Assembly (NCBI GenBank): GCA_036172245.1
Contig: JAYWIR010000096.1
Coordinates: 124,001 to 188,000, forward strand
Source of the DNA: Raillietiella orientalis
Taxonomy: Eukaryota
Length of the DNA stretch: 64,000 nucleotides
Reading direction: 5' to 3'
Numbering within the stretch: position 1 is the first letter of the stretch; each line of letters begins with the position of its first letter. Both the position numbers and the translations under genes were made by a program. The notes beneath the pieces were generated by a model. It saw only the letters and a list, made by a program, of their open reading frames with translations. It was not told where the DNA came from and made no database searches. Shown in pieces: positions 1-12,593 of the stretch.

Positions 1-2660
1 AGGAGCTCGGGAGGTAAGATAGCAACTGCCTGTAAGCCTCCAGCACCAATTCAAAATAGATGCTGAAGAGCAACGGGCTTAAGCTATCACCCAGCCTAAA
101 TCCTTGAAGTAACGGCACGCCATACACGCGACAGCCACTGAAAACAATGGATGTAATCGCGTTGCGCCAGCAGGAGCGTAAGTACGCCTAAAGGGATACC
201 GTAAGACCCAGACGTTCCAAAAGCTCAAGAAGAAGCTTTTGGTTCACGCTATCGAAAGCTTTGTGCAGATCGACTGCAACCGCCAAGGCTCCCGGTGTCT
301 CCCTTTGCGTCCCGCGCCTCCGTCGGTGAGAGATCGAAGGCGTCGCTTCCGCACGACGATCCACCGTCACACGATGCTGCAATTGCAGCCATGTGCGGAT
401 GAACAAGAGATTCGCGTCCATGGACCGCCCAGGAACAGCGTACGTCTGCTCCGGACTTACCAAGGATTCCGCGATCCTACCCATCCGCGCCACCCAAAGT
501 TTCGAGAACAACTTGACGTCCGAATCCACTAATGTGATCGGACGCCAGTTGTGCAATTGGCGCAAATCACCGCCTTTCGGCAGTAGACGCACCGCCGCTG
601 AGCGAAACGAGGCGGGGATATCGCCCCAGTCTCGCATCAGCGACGAGAGTTGAAGCACCAGGGGGATGAGTTCCGCCGGAAAACACTGAAAGAATTCTGC
701 GGGGAGCGTATCTTCGCCTGGCGCTTTTCGTCTCTTGAGCCCCGAGATGGCCGAGGAAATTTCCTCTGCCGTGAAGGGCTCACCAAGACGCGCGCGTTCC
801 TCCTCGTCTACAACAGGTGCATCAATCGGCACAAGAAGCCGGGAGAGGCTGCTTTCCGTCAGTGCCTCTGCATACAGACAAGAGTAATAGCACGTGACTC
901 TCCGTCGCACGTCGGCTGGAGACGAGCATTCCCGGTTCTGGTCGTCAAGTGGAACTGTCGCCCTTGACTGCCAGACCTGGCGCTTGGACTTGGACTTGTA
1001 CTCCAATAATCGACCAACGTCCGCGCGCCTGCAGAAAATCTCTGCTGTTCGCTACGCTCTTTCCGAAGTCACGCGGTAGCTGGTGCGAGGGGAACCGGCA
1101 GCAGAACTCGCGGACCGATCTTTTTAGATCGTCCCAGTCCTCGAGCTCACTTGAGGCAAAGCCGAGGAGGTACTGGCTAAGATACTCAGCCGCCTCCGGG
1201 TGGCTTAGCCAGTCTGCCGTCATCCTCCAAAAACAGTTTGGAGGCCCCTTGCCTGGCGGGAGCAACTCGAACTCGAGCCTGTTGTGGTCTGAAAGCACGG
1301 ACAGCACGGGACCTCACCGACCCACTCGAGAGAGCAAGTGTTCGTCAAGGTACATTTGGTCCGGCGTTGCTGCCATAACAGGTAATCGAGAGAACAAGTT
1401 ACACGCGTGCACGGACTCGCACATCTCTTCCGCTAGCAACTTTTTCCTTCTGTGGGATCTATTCTTGGAAAGCAGCAGAACGTTAAAGTCTCCCGCAATG
1501 AGATGGGCCACAGTAGGGTAAAAAAGAGTGAGCCTCTGGCTTTGAAAGGTACCGTAGAACTCAATTCTTTCGGCCCATCGTCCAGCACCGCTCGGCGCGT
1601 ACACGTTGGTTACGACAAGGTCGATTGAGTCGGACCACTTAAGTACAAGCTGTCCCACTTGGCCTTCCGTGTCGATACGGACGCTGCGCACCGCTTTCAC
1701 CAAAGTTCCTCGCACGAGGAAAGCAACGCCGCACGTACGTGCAGCGCCACACCTATAAAGTAGCGTTCCGCCCGCGCGCCGTTCGATTTCGGCAGCCTGC
1801 TCTCCGGAGATCCTGTGAATCTCCTGCAGGAGCGTCAAGTCGAAGGCGTGCAGAGTGTCAGCCACTAGTCGCCTCTTCTCCTCGTGTTGGAGCCTGTTGA
1901 CGTTCCAAGACGTTACGGCAACACGACGAGAAGACGCGATTGCCCTCATCACGGCTAGGAAAGCGAGGCCTTGGTGCTCGCCTCACCCGGCGAGCTGGCA
2001 GTAAGCAGCACGACGGGCTGGAGGCCGCGGTCGCCACCGGCCTCAAATGTGCTGCACGTAATCGGGTGCTCCTCCCCGGGTGCAGAACCTGTGGGTTCCG
2101 GTGTGAGCACTCTCCATTGCGCGGCGAGTGTGTCACGCCTCAGGACTTCAGCAATGCGTGCGCTCGCTCGCGTGCGAGTAACGCGTCGTTCAGCGGTGCT
2201 ATCAGACTACTTTGCGGAGTCTGATGCTCGCAAAATCGACGTGCGCTTGCATCGGTCCGATTGCACCGAAATGGTCTTCTCGGTGGTCACAGAAGCGGAC
2301 TTGCACGCGTTGAAGGCGCTGGCTTTTTCCTTGGAAGAGGCACAAGCCGCGCGTGTTTTCGTATTCTCGCGACTGCTTTTTCCTTTGGAAGAGCTGAAAG
2401 ATGGATTTTGCGGAGCTTTTTTTGGGGATTATTCTTACCTAGTCTCTACAATCTTCCATTCGTTTTCGCGATTTTCGGCGGCTTCCACGACAGTAGTTGC
2501 GGAAACCTCCGGGATTTTCGCTGCATTCTCTGAAAGTGTTGCTTTCGCTACGCCTTTAAAAGCAGGCAACGGAGTCACCTTGTTGACAGTCGGGAGATTG
2601 CTCCTCTCCTGCCGAGTCGGTGAACTTGCTCCGCGGCTCGAAGTATTGTGCGCTTGCCAA
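1..2660 (-). mobile_element. Decayed L1/Tx1-like element, C-like family: ORF1 C-terminus plus ORF2 APE-RT, running off the window start
   Basis: ORF2 starts at TGATG 1951-1947 (MRAIASSRRVAVTSWNVN) and has LQEIH, NVYAP, GDFN, SDH, KAPGED, WRPITL and DLHKAFD motifs spread over several frames. Right boundary approximate. Confidence 0.9.
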
Positions 2661-2792
2661 CTTAATCAGTTCATTGTGCTCGTGTGTGCCCGGAGAGGGG
2701 AAGTTTTCCAGAAGAAACAAAAAAAAAGAAGCGGCGAGGAGATCGCGGCAAAAGACCTGCAGTGGTCCCGTGCAGCAAGACCAGCTGCCAGG

Positions 2793-4040
2793 ATGCAGGC
2801 ACCTAGAAGAGGAGTGGAGAGACCGTCGTCCCCCATGGAAGCCATGGAGGTAACGTGCGGCAACGGCGAGGCGGTGGCAGGCATGCCGAGGATCGCGCCC
2901 GCGGCGGGCTTTGCTGCGCCGGCGGCGGCGATGCCAAGGGTCGTGCCCGCGGCGACGACGGCGGAGGTCGTGCCCGCGGCGGCGACGCCGAGGATCGTGC
3001 CCGCGGCGAGGAAGGTCGCGCCTGCGGCGGCGATGCCGAGGGTGCCGCCCGCGGCGGTAACGGCGGCAACGTCGAGGTTTGCGCCCGCGGCGGTGGCGTC
3101 CCAGGCGGGACCCGCGGGCGTCCACGCGGTGCAGGGAGCGACGCCATCTTGTTCGGCTGCGGCGTCGCAGCCCTTTTCTTATGCGTCGGTGGCGGCTGGA
3201 CAGGCGAGTGTCCACCCACCTAGGAAATTCGGTAAGCCGCTTAGCGGAAAAGTACTAAAAGTGGACCGACCAATAGTCGAAATAGGCCCCAACGTGAAGC
3301 CCATTATCTTCAAGACAGGGCTAATAAAATTTAATAACATCAGGGAGGTCTATTTGTCCCTCGACAAGACGGACATAGACTTTGATCGCATTCAGGCGAT
3401 CATTCCATCAAACAACGGGTTCACAGTCTTTACAGACTGTGAAAACATTAGAGAGCGATTGATCCAGAAGGGGATCAATATACAAGGACGGATGGTTTGT
3501 GGTATTGGCGAGATGCCATACACAACCGTCTTTTTAAACGGCATCTCCATCCTCACACCGCAACTAGCGGTGTGGAATTACTTGGAGCAGTTTGGGGAAG
3601 TTCTGGACCTTGATTTCACGAACTTCTCTGGAAACATATTTTCTGGCGAAATGATCGCCAAAATGAAGTAGAAAGAGGCAGCTGTGATCCTTGGATTAGT
3701 CGTTGTTGACGAACAATTCCAGGGAGTGAACGTGCGTTACCGGCAACAGCCGATATTCTGCACCGGGTGCAAGCAGTTCGGCCACAGGTCCGGCGCTTGC
3801 GCAACGTGTCGTTGTTTCCGCTGCGGCAAAGTAGGACATCAAGTCCGCAACTGCCCGCAGCCGGAGGTGTGCTTTTTCTGCAAGATACATGGACATGCCA
3901 AATGGAGCTGTCCGGAGTTTGCAAACTGCAGGAGGATTCGCTGTCTCTCTCCCATGAGAGAGATAAACACCAAGGGGGCGGAACAGCCTCAGAAGGCAGG
4001 AAGGCCGAAGAAGGTGAAACAAGTTGTCCCAGATTATTGA
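2793..4040 (+). pseudogene. ORF1 of a distinct L1/Tx1-like family (I): Ala/Pro repeats, RRM-like region, three CCHC zinc knuckles
   Basis: One frame with an internal TAG at 3669-3671. Knuckles CTGCKQFGHRSGAC, CFRCGKVGHQVRNC, CFFCKIHGHAKWSC. No matching ORF2 follows. Confidence 0.8.
2883..3095 (+). repeat. Degenerate ~27-bp coding tandem repeat (MPRVVPAAA-like)
   Basis: Recurring ATGCCGAGGGTCGTGCCCGCGGCGGCG-like units. Confidence 0.85.
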
Positions 4041-4062
4041 ATATCCTCCCCGAGATTATTGA

Positions 4063-7000
4063 TGTCGGGGCCGCGGCTCGGAGCGTACGGTTCGACGATC
4101 ACGGTCGTGTCGGCCAGCTGACTTTCAGGTGGTCCGACTCGATCGATCTGATCGTCACAAACGTGTACGCACCGAGCGGCGCGGATCTGATCAACAGGAG
4201 GGCGAGGAAAGAGTTTTTCCTTGCCCTCCGGCGCGACTGGCTGATCGGAGTAGGCGTGCGGAATGCCCATCTGGTTGCAGGCGCTTTTAACGTTCGCCTG
4301 AATCCAGATGGGCAGAAAAAGAAGCGTGACCTCGTCAACGAGGTGTGCATGGCAGTGCACACCTGTAATTTGTTGGTCAGTGCACTGAGGATGGAGGACA
4401 GCATTGACCACGTGTTTCTTGACGAGCACCTGTGCCCTCGCTTGGGCAGGCGCGGCAAGTTACCACCGAGCTGTCCGACCATCGCCCGCTAGTCCTTGAG
4501 ATCCATCCGCGCGACAGGGGCCCCCCCTCGTCAGCGTGGCATTTCCCAGGGGACTGGCGGAAGCTTTTGGACGTAGCGTAACATCTTCGCACGTTCATAC
4601 GGAGCTTCAGGCTGCGGACACTCCAGGATTGGGACCGCTTTAAGCGATCGGTCCAGGAGTTCTGCGACCAGTTCTTTCTGCACCACCTACCTACGGGTTT
4701 TGGGACTGGGGTCCGTAACGAACGAGCCTACCTGCAGGTCCGTCGTTACGCCAGGACCCCTGACATCCGCAGGCTGGCGGAATACAAAGCGGGAGCCGAG
4801 AGGCATGCTTGGCAGTCCGGTTCGGCCACCTTCCCTGACGATCAGGGCCAGGAGCACTCGGCACCCGCCCAAATCCGCGGCCTGCTGCGGAGTTACTACT
4901 CCTCCCTGTATGCCAGGGCACTTTCGGAGAGGAACGTCTTACGACTCCTGCTTCCGGAAGGCGCTCCAGCGATCGGGGAGGAGGAGAGAAAGACCCTCGA
5001 CGAGCCTTTCACGATGGACGAGATCCTCTCGGCCATCGGAAAGCTCAAGAAACGAAAGGCTCCAGGGGAGGAGAGTATGCCCGCGGAGTTTTATCAAACT
5101 TCCGCGGCTGAGCTTACTTCCCTGGTACAGCAACTCACCTTGCTGATACGCGAAACAGGTTACGTTCTCGCCTTGTTTCGTTCGTTAAAGGTGTGGCTTC
5201 TTCTTAAGGGAGGAGATCTGAGGAGCATGAACAACTGGCGTCCCATCACAATAGTGAATGCGGACGCCAAGTTGATAGCTAAGGTTCCGGCAGAGCGTCT
5301 AAGACATGTTGCCAACATCTTCATCAGACCGGAACAGACATATGGTGTTCCCGGGCGAAGCATAGAGGCGAACCTGTTCCACGCATCCACCTGGCTAGAG
5401 CTCCAACATGAAAGGAGCTTGGTGTGCAGCCGGAATTCCGGTGCGTGCGCCGGCAAGGGGCTGGATCTTCGGGTGGATGAGGGAGCCCTTGCGGTCGCAA
5501 TCGACTTGCGAATAGCATTCGATTGCGTCAACGAGAATCTCCTTCTGGAGCTTCTGGAACGCTTGGGCTTCCCAGCCTCATTAGTGGCCTATCTGCGCTC
5601 CTGCTGGGGCGACGCACTTATCAATGTTACTTTCAGCGGGCAGACCTTGCACGGCGTGCCGGTGCGGCGTGGGATCCGGCAGGAAGACAGCCTGAGCCCC
5701 TTGCTCTTCAGTACCTACTTTGAGTTGGTACTAAGAGCGTACAGGGGAACTCTGGCGCACCTGCCGCACGACTGTGCCGGTACGCCGGCCGTTTCAGCAT
5801 ACGCGGACGACCTTCTGCTGCTGCTCCCTATGTCCACCCCGGCTGCGGCGGTCGAGGAGTTCTTCGACCTGCTGCATCGGGGTACCGGACTTAAGGTGAA
5901 CAGGGCGAAGTCGTTCGTGATGCCAGTTTGTGCGGCGTGGGCAGGGCAGCAGGACTGGGTCCGTTTGGGGATCCCCACGGTGAGGTACTTCAAGTACCTT
6001 GGTGTGCCGTTGGGGGACTACTCCCCTGCGGAAGCGTGGTCCGGCTGCCTTCAAAAGTAGAGACGGCCATCGGCCCGTTCCGAGGCGGCAGGTTTTTCCT
6101 GCCTGAACGGGCCGCGGTTTGGAACACGTTCGCGGCTCCTCTCCTCCGCCCCCTGCTTTTTGTTTGCCTTCCCACAGAGAGGATTAAAAAGCGGACAAAG
6201 GACCTCCTCCGTATCGCCCTTTGGGGCAACGGGAGGGCCCGTGTCCGCTTAAAGGACTTGTGCGCTCCTCGTCGGGATGGTGGTCTGAGCCTCCTGACGC
6301 TGTAGCGGCTGGAGCTTCAGCTCCATTTCCGCTTGTCGGCACTCGTACCTGAGTTGTGGTGCACCTGTTGGTGCGTCCCTGCACGTCTCCTTCTCCAGCA
6401 AGCCACCGGCAAGACGGAACTGACGTCGTTTCTTGCACTCCGTCGCCGCGTCAACCCATGCGGACTCCAGCTACGGAGGGTGGCTGCGCTGTATCGGAAA
6501 ATCCCAGGAGTGCTCACCTGTCGCCCGTTTAACGGTGGTGCCTGGTTGCAGGAAACCGTTCGAATGTGGGGACAGTTCGGCATGCAACGCTCCCAACAGG
6601 AACGAAGGTTCGTGTTTGGGGGTTACAGAAGTTGCACGCTCCGCGAGATCCTGGAGGATCCAAAGAAGAGAGCGTGGGCAGGAAGAACCCCCCTCGCTGC
6701 TGCGCTGCCCTCCCTGATGAAAGATCTGGACAGCGATGTTGCGGCGAAGTGGGTGGTTACAGTAACAATCTCCGGAAAGGAGAAGAAGATAGGAGAGTGG
6801 AAGACGGTCCAGTCAACAGACGCTGCGACCCCGAGTAAGCCCCCCAATGGACTTCTGCGCTGGGGCGCGCTGCTCGATGTTCCCATTGAACATCTGAAGT
6901 GGTCCCCGGTTCTCATGAACACTTCCGCCCTCCCCTTGAAATGGCAGGAGTCGGCTCTCCTGTTGCAGCACTGGGGACTCCCCTGCAACGCCCGCCGACA

Positions 7001-7614
7001 CCACTGGACCTGGGGAGCCGTGGACCCCAATTGCGTCAGGTGTGGGGAACGGGAGTCCCTCCCCCACCTGCTAGTGGATTGTGTTGCCCTTCGGCCCCTT
7101 TAATTTCGCTTTGCCGCGGCCATCGGAATCCCCTGGGGCAACCCCAGGGACGCACTGAAAGCCCTCTTCCTTGTTGACGCCCTTCGGCCAGCGGACTCGT
7201 TAGCAGCTTTGTGCTGCCTACGCGGGATCGTCACCGCTTGGAGCAAGGCTACGGGAGGACAACGCGACCAGTCTGCCATCCAGCCAGCCTCCCATTTCCT
7301 AGGAGAGCGTCCCGATGGCCGCACCTGGATCCAGGAATACAGAAGGAACTTGCCGGCATCCTGCAAAGGATGCAACGGCCCCACCAGCAACTGTGATCCC
7401 TTCCCTTACCCTCCCAACTTTTCTTTTCCTTTTTGTTTTGTTTTTTGTTTTTCCCCCTTCCCCCTGCTGCCGTTGTGGACCGTACCGGTCTGCGAACCGG
7501 TGACCCGGCAGGCTCTGTGTTTCTTCGTGCGTGGCTGGAGCAATGGTCCAGCCACCGCACGTCTTTGTAAAAGTTTATTTTACAATAAACGCCCCGGCGA
7601 AATCCGGGTGAAAA
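4063..7614 (+). mobile_element. Family A copy A1: 5'-truncated within APE, decayed ORF2 to 7396, complete 3' end
   Basis: APE C-half, RT (RQED, YADD), CVRC..H..C motif, TGATCCCTTCCC at the stop, AATAAA 7584-7589, hairpin 7593-7608, TGAAAA tail. Confidence 0.92.
7584..7614 (+). terminator. AATAAA, CCCGG-N6-CCGGG hairpin and TGAAAA 3' terminus (representative copy)
   Basis: Same architecture at ten 3' ends. Confidence 0.7.
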
Positions 7615-7748
7615 TCGAACGCCTTGCGTTCTCTAGGGTGGATGTGTTTTCTCGGTGCTCCTCGTGCCAGGAAGTCTCCCCCAGTGCAAGCGTCGCATGG
7701 TTCGGAGGTCGATCAGGCAGCGATGCCTGACGCGACCACCAGGGATGG

Positions 7749-7830
7749 CCAGGGGGCAGCGGCAACGCCGCCCCCAGAGGCGATGGAGAGCCAGGGGGCG
7801 GCGGCAACGTCGCCCCCAGAGGCGATGGAG
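7749..7830 (+). repeat. 42-bp tandem duplication in A2 ORF1 (QGAAATPPPEAMES x2)
   Basis: Two nearly identical adjacent 42-bp units. Confidence 0.85.
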
Positions 7831-9029
7831 GTGGGGGCATCCGCCCCCACAGAATCGGTCCCCGCTGCAGCGCGGGCGTGGAGCGCCGTTGTGTCGGCGC
7901 CATCGCCTGCAGCCGCGGCGGAATTGTCGGCCTATGTAGAGGAGGGGTACAATCCCTCATTGTTCTACAAGGTAGGCAATTTATATTCTTTAGAGAGCGC
8001 GCGCGCCTTCTCGAAGGGCATGCGCGCTCTCGATGTGAAAGAGGAGGAGCTCAGCGCTATGACCATCCGAGGCGGGGGTCAGTACGTTGAGGTCATTTGA
8101 AACATGCAGAGCTGGCCCAACGACTGCTAAAAACCCCCGTTGTGATGGGGACGCGCAGGCTCCTCCCCACTACGGCGGACCGCAGCATGGTGGTCCACCT
8201 GTTAGGCGTAACCGCGCGAATGCGCAAAGAACAGGTTGGCGCCGCTCTGGAAGAGTTCGAAACGGTCCACGCGCAGTGGACGAAAGTTAGTCCTTTCGAG
8301 GACTACACGGGGCTGCAACACGGCCTCACTGCTGCGCGCGTGACCGTTCAGGAGGGCTGCACTTTTCCCCACAAACTGGTGGTCGAAGGCGAAACCGTCG
8401 ACCTCTGGTATGTGGGGAACCCGAAATACTGTGGCATCTGCAATACGTCGGGCCACCTCAAAAAGGGGTGTCCCAACGTGCAGTGCCAAGTATGCGGAAC
8501 CTTGGGACACACGAGGAAGGTGTGACCTAAAGCAGCATTGCGGGTGGTTTCCAAGAGAAACCTTAAAAAACGTGCCCGGCTTCTGCAGAAAAGACTGGCG
8601 GCGAAGGCTGCCGCGAAGGCTGTGCCACCCGCGCCCAAGGTCCAGCCCGCACCCGAGACCCCGGCGAACAACGCTGAACTAGTCGACGGAACAAGCCAGG
8701 AGCCTGGGGGGCAGGTGGTTACGGCCAAAAAATCAAAGAAGGAGAGGAGGATGGAGAAAAAGCTCGCGTACCGCCAGAAAAAACAGCAGGCAAGCGAGCA
8801 AACTAAAGAATGCAGCGTTGTCGTTTATTACCCGGTTGCGCCGGGACGTTTATCTAAATATCAACTGAGAACTGTGTTCCCAGGCAAGGGGAACAGAAAA
8901 TGGGGAGTAGATTTCCCTGAACGCAGTCCGGGCACACTGAGAGTTCGGAACGGGATTGGGTGGGACAATAAATAAACAAACTGGGTGGGTAGGCGCAGAC
9001 AGGGGTATACCGTCTAACCGTTGCTATTC

Positions 9030-12000
9030 TCAGAACCGGCGGTGAATGCCGCGGATCTCCATCCTCACTTCTGCTCCAAGATGTGGCCACCCGGTAGCCA
9101 TTTGCAGGTTGCAGGCTGCGGTGTCGGGGACCGATGTTGGGACTGCTTGCCACTGCAATACGTGACGGGCTCTGACAATGGCGCGGACGCAGCGGATGAT
9201 TGCGACGACCGCTCCAAGAGAAAGTCCGCCACGCGTGTACAAGCGGCGCATCCAATCCAGTGCGGTGTGTCCAGGGTGCAGGAGCGCAGAAGACAGCCGC
9301 TGCCACAGCTCCTGGAGGGCACCGCACTCAAACAGCATATGCGGAAGCGATTCCACCGCTCCGCATTTGGCACAGTTCGGAGACGCAACTCCCCCAGGAA
9401 TCAGGTGCGCCCGCTGGTTGCAGTACAAACCCCAATGCACCAGCAGAAAAGCGTCCTGCTTCCACCGAAGGGGGAAGAGAGTCGCGTCCAAACACGCAGA
9501 AGGGACCACAAGTTCATCGGTGGGCACCCCGAGGAGCTCACTTCACCGGAGAAGCCCCTTTGCAAGAATGCGAGGTGTGACAGCGTCTGCCACTTCGCAA
9601 GTCCTCCAGCCGCCCAGCAGTCGGGTTTCGCCTGCGATTTCGCAAGTGATCTCCCACCTCGCCGGCAGGTCACTGTCATCTTGCACCATCAGTGCACACA
9701 GTGCTTCGGCGAGTGGCGTAGCGACTAGGCGTGTCCACTGGCCCTGGTCTTCCAGCACCTCCCCCACTGGACAGTATGGGGAAACTTTCACGCAGCAGAG
9801 TTCCAAACGGGACACATCCTGTTGCGCTGCCCAGGACGATAAGGCTTTTTGCCTCCAGGCGTTGAAGTTCGTCGGCCGGCAGGAGATCCACTCATGCATT
9901 CCCAGAAGCGTGGCGAGCTGCTTCAAAGGGAAGCCGAATCCTCTCTGGGCGCGCTCCGTGCGCAGATGCAGCGAACGTAGTCCGTCGCCACCCGTGCTGC
10001 GCCGCAGCAGCAGCCGCGCTGGAGCACACCAGGGAGTAGTCCAGAGCTGCGCACAAAGTGCCAGCATGCGGAACTGCACTAGCAGTCCGATCCGCTCCAG
10101 CGTCAGGATGCCCAATCCTGCATCCCGCCGAGAAGCCGCCAAGTCCTTCAGGCGTATCCTGGACCTCGCCGGTCCCCAGAGGGCGTTACGCAACAGGCGT
10201 TGCGCCCGGCGCTTAGCCGAGTAGGGAGGGGGACAAACAAAAAAGAGGGGACGGAGGAGGGGGGCAACGAAAATGTTCCACACGAAGGCCCGTTCCGACA
10301 GGAGAATCCTGCGGCCTTGGTACGGGCCCAGAGCAGTTTCGGCCTTGTGAAGGCAGTCCGACCACGCTTCTGCTGGAGAGAAGGCGCCCAAGGGAACGCC
10401 GAGGTACTTCAAGCACCTGCTCGTGGGGATCTTCAGGCGGATCCAGTCGCACTGCCCCTTCCACGTAGAGCCAACCGGTAGAACGGTTGATTTCGTCCTG
10501 TTCACGCTCAGGCCCGCTCCCCGACGAATGAGCTCGAAGAAGTCCTCGAGCCTGGACGCCGGGGTGGACATGGGCAGCAGCAGGAGAAGGTCGTGAGCAT
10601 AGGCGTCCACGGCCGGGATTCCCGGGCAGGAGCTCGGCAGGTTGGCCAGCGTCAGCCTGTACGCCCTCAGCACCAACTCAAAGAAGATGCTGAAGAGCAG
10701 GGGGCTTAAGCCGTCTCCCTGCCTGATACCCCGCCGTATGGGAACACCGTACACGTGACGCCCGCTGAAAGAGATGCAGCATAACGCGTAACGCCAGCAG
10801 GAGCGCAAGTAGGCGAAGAGGTGCGTCGGGAGGCCTAGGCGTTTTAGAAGCTCCAGGAGGAGGTCCTGGTTTACGCTGTTGAACGCTTTGCAGAGATCGA
10901 CGGCGACCGCTAAGGCTCCCGGCATTCCATCGTGCCTTGAACACGGATGCTCTCCTTTGGCAGCAGCGATTTCGGCTGCCTGGCTCTGCTGCGGCACGCG
11001 CTGCTGCAACTCGATATATGTTCGCGCGAAGAAGAGATTCGCGTCCATGGACCGCCCCGGAACAGCATACGTCTGCTCCGGACTTACCAAGGACTCTGCG
11101 ATTCTCCCCAGGCGCGCGACCCATAGCCTGGAGAACAACTGGACGGCCGAATTCACCAATGTGATGGGACGTTAGTTGCTGAGGTGGCGCAAATCACCGC
11201 CTTTCGTCAGGAGACGCACCTTTGCTGAGCGGAAAGAAGCGGGAACATCTCCCGTCTCACGCATCAGCGAGAAAAGGCTTAGCACCAGAGGGACGAGCTC
11301 CGCCGCGAAGCACTGGAAGAACTCCGCGGGCAGGGCATCCTCCTTAGGCGCCTAACGCCTCTTCAGGCTTGCTATGGCAGAAGACACTTCTTCCGCCATG
11401 AATGGTCAATCCAATTTGCCGCGTTCCTCCTCGTCGATAGCAGGGTTGCTCGTCTGAAGAAGCAGCTCGGAGAGACTGCGTTCCGTAAGCTCCTACGCGT
11501 ACAACGAGGAGTAGTAGCGCTTGACTACGCGGTGTACTTTGGCTGCAGCCGAGCATTCCTGGCCAGCGTCATCGAGCAGACAGGCCGCTCCAGACTGCCA
11601 AACCTGGCACTCGGCCCTGGACTTGTACTCCGCAAGGTACCGGACGTCCGGGCATCGAAAGAATTGGCGGGCCTGCAGAAACTCTCTGCTGTTGGCCACG
11701 CCTTCCCCGAAGCCACGGGGAAGCATGTGCAAGAAGAACCGGCAGCAGAACTCGCGGTCCGATCTTTTCAGATCGTCCCAGTCCTCGAGTTCACAGATGG
11801 CGAAGCCCCGGAGGTGTTGGCGGAGATGCTCCGCCGCCTCCGAATTGCTAGGCCAGTCGGCCGGCAACCTCCAGACATTCATCGGAGGCCCTTTGCCAGG
11901 CGGTTGGAGCTCGAACTCCAGTCTAGGATGATCCGAAATCGCGGACAGCAAACGCCCTCTTTGACCTACTCGTGAGAGCAGGTGTTCATCGAGGAACGCA

Positions 12001-12593
12001 TGGTCCGACGATCTCTCCATCCCGGGCTCACAAGCAAGCAAGTTTTGCACGCGCACGGACGCGCATACCTCGCTCACCAGTTGCTTCTCCCTCAAGCGGC
12101 ATCTCTCCTCTGTTAGCAGGTGGACGTTGAAGTCTCCTGCAAGGAGGTGCGCCACGTTAGGGCCGAAGTCAGGGAGCCAGCGGCTGCGCAGGCCACCCAG
12201 GAATGCAAGTCGATGGGCGTAATGCCGGGCGCCGCTCGGCGCGTAGATGTTCGTAACGACCAGGTCGATCGATTCGGACCACTTGAGGACAAGTTGGCCC
12301 ACACGACCTTCCTCGTCGAAACAAACGTTCCGCATCGCCTCCGCAACCCTGCCTCGGACGAGGAACGCGACTTCGCACGTGTGCGCGGAGCCTTGCCGCC
12401 AGTGTAGCGTCCCGCCCGCGCGCTCTTCCAGATCCGATGCCTGCCGTACGGAGATGCTATGTATCTCCTGCAGCAGCATTAAATCGAACGTGCGCAAAGC
12501 GTTGGCTGCCGTCCGTTTTTTGTCAGCATCACGTAGTTCGTTGACATTCCAACAGGCCACGCTGACGCAACGAGCGGATGCGAGTCCACGCAT
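9030..12593 (-). pseudogene. B1 ORF2 (APE-RT-CCHC), disrupted
   Basis: APE motifs, DLCKAFN, RQGDGLSP, YAHD in place of YADD, CAKCGAVESLPHMLFEC; several stops. Confidence 0.92.

Noticed and set aside
1971..2792. N-terminal half of the 566-aa ORF
   Set aside because: Mostly antisense of the neighbouring element's ORF1 plus a 5' UTR; the plausible start is 2793 or 2835.
2883..3095. CRISPR-like array
   Set aside because: Degenerate in-frame coding repeats with no unique spacers and no cas genes.
5014..6060. RT as a prokaryotic retron, DGR or group II intron system
   Set aside because: The RT lies in an APE-RT-CCHC ORF2 behind a zinc-knuckle ORF1 with AATAAA ends, which is non-LTR retrotransposon architecture. 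No TR/VR pair or msr/msd was seen.
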